From NCBI GenBank assembly GCA_965140585.1, contig OZ223270.1:480001-544000 (forward strand): 64,000 nt of DNA, in the 5' to 3' direction. This document shows positions 60,657 through 64,000 of this stretch, one piece after another. Position numbers and translations under genes: made by a program. Under the pieces are notes generated by a model, which saw nothing but the letters and a program-made list of their open reading frames with translations, ran no database searches and was not told the origin of the DNA. Every line of letters starts with the position of its first letter. Position 1 is the stretch's first letter. Origin of the DNA: Spirochaetia bacterium (GTDB taxonomy: Bacteria > Spirochaetota > Spirochaetia > UBA9216).

Positions 60657-63039
60657 CTTCATCTCCCTTTGCAGGTCCATTGAGTCTGCTGAGGATTGAT
60701 TTCAACTTTTCACTTAATGCTGTGGCTATATTAGCATTAGGAAGCGAATTTGTTAAGTTATTTATGAAGCTGAATGTTTCACCAACCTTTTTCTTTGAAA
60801 GCGGAGGAGTATATTTTAAGGGGAAGGGCCCTTCTGTCTCTTCAATCGGCGTTTCGGTCTCTATCACCGCATCTGCTGTGTTCAGTTTTTTCAGAAGGCC
60901 CGGATCTCCGTGAAGTTTGGATTTAAGTGCTGCAAGTTTCAGCCTTTCTTCGCTGTATACATATTCTTTCTGTTTATCCTTAGGAAGAAAAGATGTAAGG
61001 CGATCCAGATAGCCGAATATATTTTCTTCCGGTTCCTCATCCTCTTCTTCTTCCTCGTCTTCAATAGGGACAAAATCTTCTGAATCAAAATCATCAACTT
61101 CCTCGGAAGCGTCGTCTTCGGTTTCAATCTCTTCTTCCGGTTCGGGCTCTTCCTCAGGTTCGGGATCCGGAGGCTGCTGTTTAATAATAATCGGGGATGT
61201 TTCAAGTTTTATTGTAAATGGATTTCCAAAACCGGGAAATCCTCCGGGTTCGCGCTTTATTTCCTCTTTAGTCTCTATTTCTTTTTTCTCGGGAAGTTCA
61301 TCTTCTTCTTCAGGTTCCGGGATGAACTCGTCTTCATCGGTAATTGTGAGTGTTTCAGTGTCCTCATCGAAAAGGATAACCGGATCAATTCCACCGATAT
61401 CCAGTATCGGAACATATTCATTGCCGATGTCTTTCAGTCCGTCAAACAGAAAGCTTTTTTCCTCATGTCCTATTGGATTATCGTCATAGCTGCTGAAAAG
61501 CGCTTCGAGATTCTTTTCCCACTCACGACTGTATTTTCTAGCATATTCGGAAGCCATTTCTTCATATAGCTGAAGATCAAGATTCAATTTATTTAAATCC
61601 AGGTTGTCTGTATTTTCATTTCTTAGTGTTGCCAGTTTTTCAGCGGTTTTAAGAGCTGTTTCTGTGTCTCCGGTCTCTCTTGCTGTCGCAGCCGTCTGTT
61701 CCAGGATTTCAATGTTGTCAGGATCCTGTTCAAGGATCCCCAGGAGAACAGATAGTGCTTTCTCATAATCTTCTTTTTCAAGATAAAGTCTGGATAGCAG
61801 CTTAGCCGTTTCCGCATCACCCGGTTTTTTCTGATATACTTTTTCGCATTCTTCTATCGCAGCGTCCAGTTTATTTTCGAACTTTAAAAGAAGGGCAAGC
61901 TGCATCCGGTTTTCATGCGATTCAGGATCTATCAGAAGACCTTTCCGGTATGTATTGATTGCCTTGCTTTTTTTTCCGCTGCGGTTCATCTGCCTGGCAA
62001 GAGAAAACCATGCACGGCTTTCCTCACTGTTGCGGTCAAGAACGTAGCGTATATGCTGAAAGGCTTCGTTGTATTTTCCGGTATCTATTAGAATATTTCC
62101 AAGCAGCAGACGGAGGTTCAGATTGTTTTCTTCATTTTCCAGATATGTCCGAAGAAGGTTTTCTGCCTTTTTATAATCTCTTCGTTTGAAATAAATTTCA
62201 GCAAGACTAGCCGCTGCAGGCGCATAATCAGGATGTCTGGTGATCAGATGATACAGTTTAAGCTCTGCCTCTTTTTCGTCTCCCTTTTTTAATAGAAGTT
62301 CGGCGGAGCGGCATTCAGCTTCACGGTTTTCCGGATCCAGTTCCAGGACTCTGTTGTAGACCCTGTCGGCTTCTCCCGGATTCTTGTCTCTGAGAATATC
62401 ACCGAGGGCTAAAAGGCAGTCCTCCCACCCTGGATTTGCTTTTAATGCCTGACGGTATTCAGTCTCTGCCTTTCCGGGATTTCCAGTTTTCCGGTATAGA
62501 TTTCCCAGGTTAAAATGAAGCGCCGGGTTGTTGGGATCTGCTGCAAGTCCGTCTTTAAGCAAGCTCTCAGCTTCATTTACCCGTCCTTTTTCCAGCAGCA
62601 TGATAGCAAAATTATTGTAAGACTGTGTAAAGCTGCTGTCCTTCTGAATGGATAGCCGGTAAATCTGTTCGGCTTTTTCTGTATCACCGAGGCTTCGGTG
62701 GATATTTGCAATGTTGAATATTATATCTGCTCGATCTTTTGCCAGCTGGTAGGCTTTCTGGGCAGCGTCGAGGGCGGAGCGGTATTCACGTCGTTTCTGG
62801 TGCAGGAGTGCAATATTTATCCATGGTTCAGGATTTTTTGGTTCAAGTGCTATTATCCGGTCAAAAGATTCAAATGCATTTGAATACCGGTTCTGTCTTG
62901 CATAAACATTTCCCAGCATCAGCAGACTGTTTACATCTTTGTGATCTTCTTTGACCGCTCTTCTGCATAGTTTTTCCGCCCGAATAAGATCTCCGGTCAT
63001 TACTGCATTTCTGGCCCTTGTGAGTAACTGGCTGCTCAT
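60646..63039 (-). CDS. TPR-repeat protein with acidic, Pro/Glu-rich C-terminal region
   Basis: Many TPR units (e.g. NNPALHFNLGNLY), then low-complexity PEPEEE repeats. Confidence 0.9.
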   Translation of the reverse strand: MSSQLLTRARNAVMTGDLIRAEKLCRRAVKEDHKDVNSLLMLGNVYARQNRYSNAFESFDRIIALEPKNPEPWINIALLHQKRREYRSALDAAQKAYQLAKDRADIIFNIANIHRSLGDTEKAEQIYRLSIQKDSSFTQSYNNFAIMLLEKGRVNEAESLLKDGLAADPNNPALHFNLGNLYRKTGNPGKAETEYRQALKANPGWEDCLLALGDILRDKNPGEADRVYNRVLELDPENREAECRSAELLLKKGDEKEAELKLYHLITRHPDYAPAAASLAEIYFKRRDYKKAENLLRTYLENEENNLNLRLLLGNILIDTGKYNEAFQHIRYVLDRNSEESRAWFSLARQMNRSGKKSKAINTYRKGLLIDPESHENRMQLALLLKFENKLDAAIEECEKVYQKKPGDAETAKLLSRLYLEKEDYEKALSVLLGILEQDPDNIEILEQTAATARETGDTETALKTAEKLATLRNENTDNLDLNKLNLDLQLYEEMASEYARKYSREWEKNLEALFSSYDDNPIGHEEKSFLFDGLKDIGNEYVPILDIGGIDPVILFDEDTETLTITDEDEFIPEPEEEDELPEKKEIETKEEIKREPGGFPGFGNPFTIKLETSPIIIKQQPPDPEPEEEPEPEEEIETEDDASEEVDDFDSEDFVPIEDEEEEEDEEPEENIFGYLDRLTSFLPKDKQKEYVYSEERLKLAALKSKLHGDPGLLKKLNTADAVIETETPIEETEGPFPLKYTPPLSKKKVGETFSFINNLTNSLPNANIATALSEKLKSILSRLNGPAKGDEDEE

Positions 63040-64000
63040 TGATTAGTCCTGAGTAAGGCGGACGGCCTGGCACTAATTTCTTTAGAAAAGCGGCTTTCCT
63101 GAGGTTTTTCAGATGAATCATAGGATGTCACGGCAAAGTAGTAAATCTGACCGTTTTTAAGTCCGGTAAGGGTAATCTCGGTTCTGTCGCCTGTGTCGAC
63201 CGGAGACGGCCCCTGGACGGATACTGAACTGAAATAGTATCCGGGCTTCTCCCCGTAGTAGACCTTATACCCGCTGATATCGGAATCGTTTACCCTGTTC
63301 CAGCTGAGTCTTACGCTTCCGTCTCTGCTTTCAGCAGTTATCTGCTCGGGCGGCAGCGGCGGAAGGTTTCTCTCATACTGAAGCCTGATTTCTGATAGGA
63401 CAGGAGAATTCTTTCCTGTCCCGTCGGGGTAAAGATTCGCCTTAATCTGCACAAAACGACCTCTTACCGAAGGAGGGAGAAGCTGGTCAGGTTTAAACTG
63501 AACCCAGGCGGGTTTTGATGATAATGGATTGAAATAATCTTCTGAAATACGGTAGTAGTAAAAAATATCCGTTTTTCCAGGCTTTCTTTCAACCGTAGAT
63601 ATTTTCAGCAGTCTGCATCCGCTGTTCTGCAGATCAAATACAGAAGTTGAAGCTGAGCCTCCGGCTGTTCCAAATATAGATATATCCGGTTCTGAAAAGG
63701 CTCTGGTCAATCTAAGTTCATCCATATAGCCGGAATAGCTCTTTCCCAGGATGATATTTGCCGGTTTTTGATTTCCTATAACTGCCGCGAACATCTCTCC
63801 GGTTTCCCGCCCCGTCGAATTTGCATATGTATTAACCTCGGGGATTCCGTCAATCAGGTATTCAATCAGCCCTGTTTCACTATCATACCGGATAAGATGA
63901 TGATGCCAGATTCCCGGGATCATAACGCCTGTAGATGTAAGTTCAATCATGGTTTCTGAGAAGTCTGCCGGCAGGAAGAAATTTTCAAATACCCAGTTCA
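63036..64000 (-). CDS. LamG-like (concanavalin-fold) plus fibronectin type III domain protein, 5' end outside the window
   Basis: WHH, YSGYMDELR (LamG-like); LSWN...ISGYKVYYG...GLKNGQIYYFAVTSYD (FN3). The frame stays open from 63950 to the edge. Confidence 0.85.
   Translation of the reverse strand, partial: NWVFENFFLPADFSETMIELTSTGVMIPGIWHHHLIRYDSETGLIEYLIDGIPEVNTYANSTGRETGEMFAAVIGNQKPANIILGKSYSGYMDELRLTRAFSEPDISIFGTAGGSASTSVFDLQNSGCRLLKISTVERKPGKTDIFYYYRISEDYFNPLSSKPAWVQFKPDQLLPPSVRGRFVQIKANLYPDGTGKNSPVLSEIRLQYERNLPPLPPEQITAESRDGSVRLSWNRVNDSDISGYKVYYGEKPGYYFSSVSVQGPSPVDTGDRTEITLTGLKNGQIYYFAVTSYDSSEKPQESRFSKEISARPSALLRTNQ

Noticed and set aside
61020-61330. Repetitive TCTTCC/GGTTC tracts
   Set aside because: They encode the Glu/Pro low-complexity linker of the TPR protein and are not a CRISPR or DNA repeat array.

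Overview
Chromosomal replication-origin region of a bacterium that looks like a free-living spirochaete. This assignment is inferred from the gyrAB<-|->dnaA-dnaN-recF-dciA-rpmH-rnpA-yidD-yidC-jag gene order, the 51-aa L34 overlapping rnpA, tRNA-Arg(GCG) and an Msp/porin-like outer-membrane protein. The window holds about 55 mostly housekeeping CDSs, five tRNAs (all four Ser isoacceptors plus Arg-GCG), the SRP RNA, parA/parB, a perfect parS, and DnaA boxes on both sides of dnaA. I found no CRISPR array, transposase, integrase, prophage or defence island. The most interesting signals are non-coding or cryptic: (1) a multi-hairpin metK leader with an anti-anti-SD/anti-SD/SD layout that matches no SAM riboswitch I recognise; (2) a phased DnaA-box cluster about 10 kb from dnaA; (3) a bipartite origin with a DnaA-trio-like tract and variant boxes; (4) a possible Gac-like internal start in gyrA; (5) a repeated leaderless-promoter architecture; and (6) several degenerate or atypical enzymes (a Cys-free HisI remnant and a GH63-like protein with altered motifs). 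All of these are hypotheses from reading the sequence by eye; no searches or folding calculations were run.
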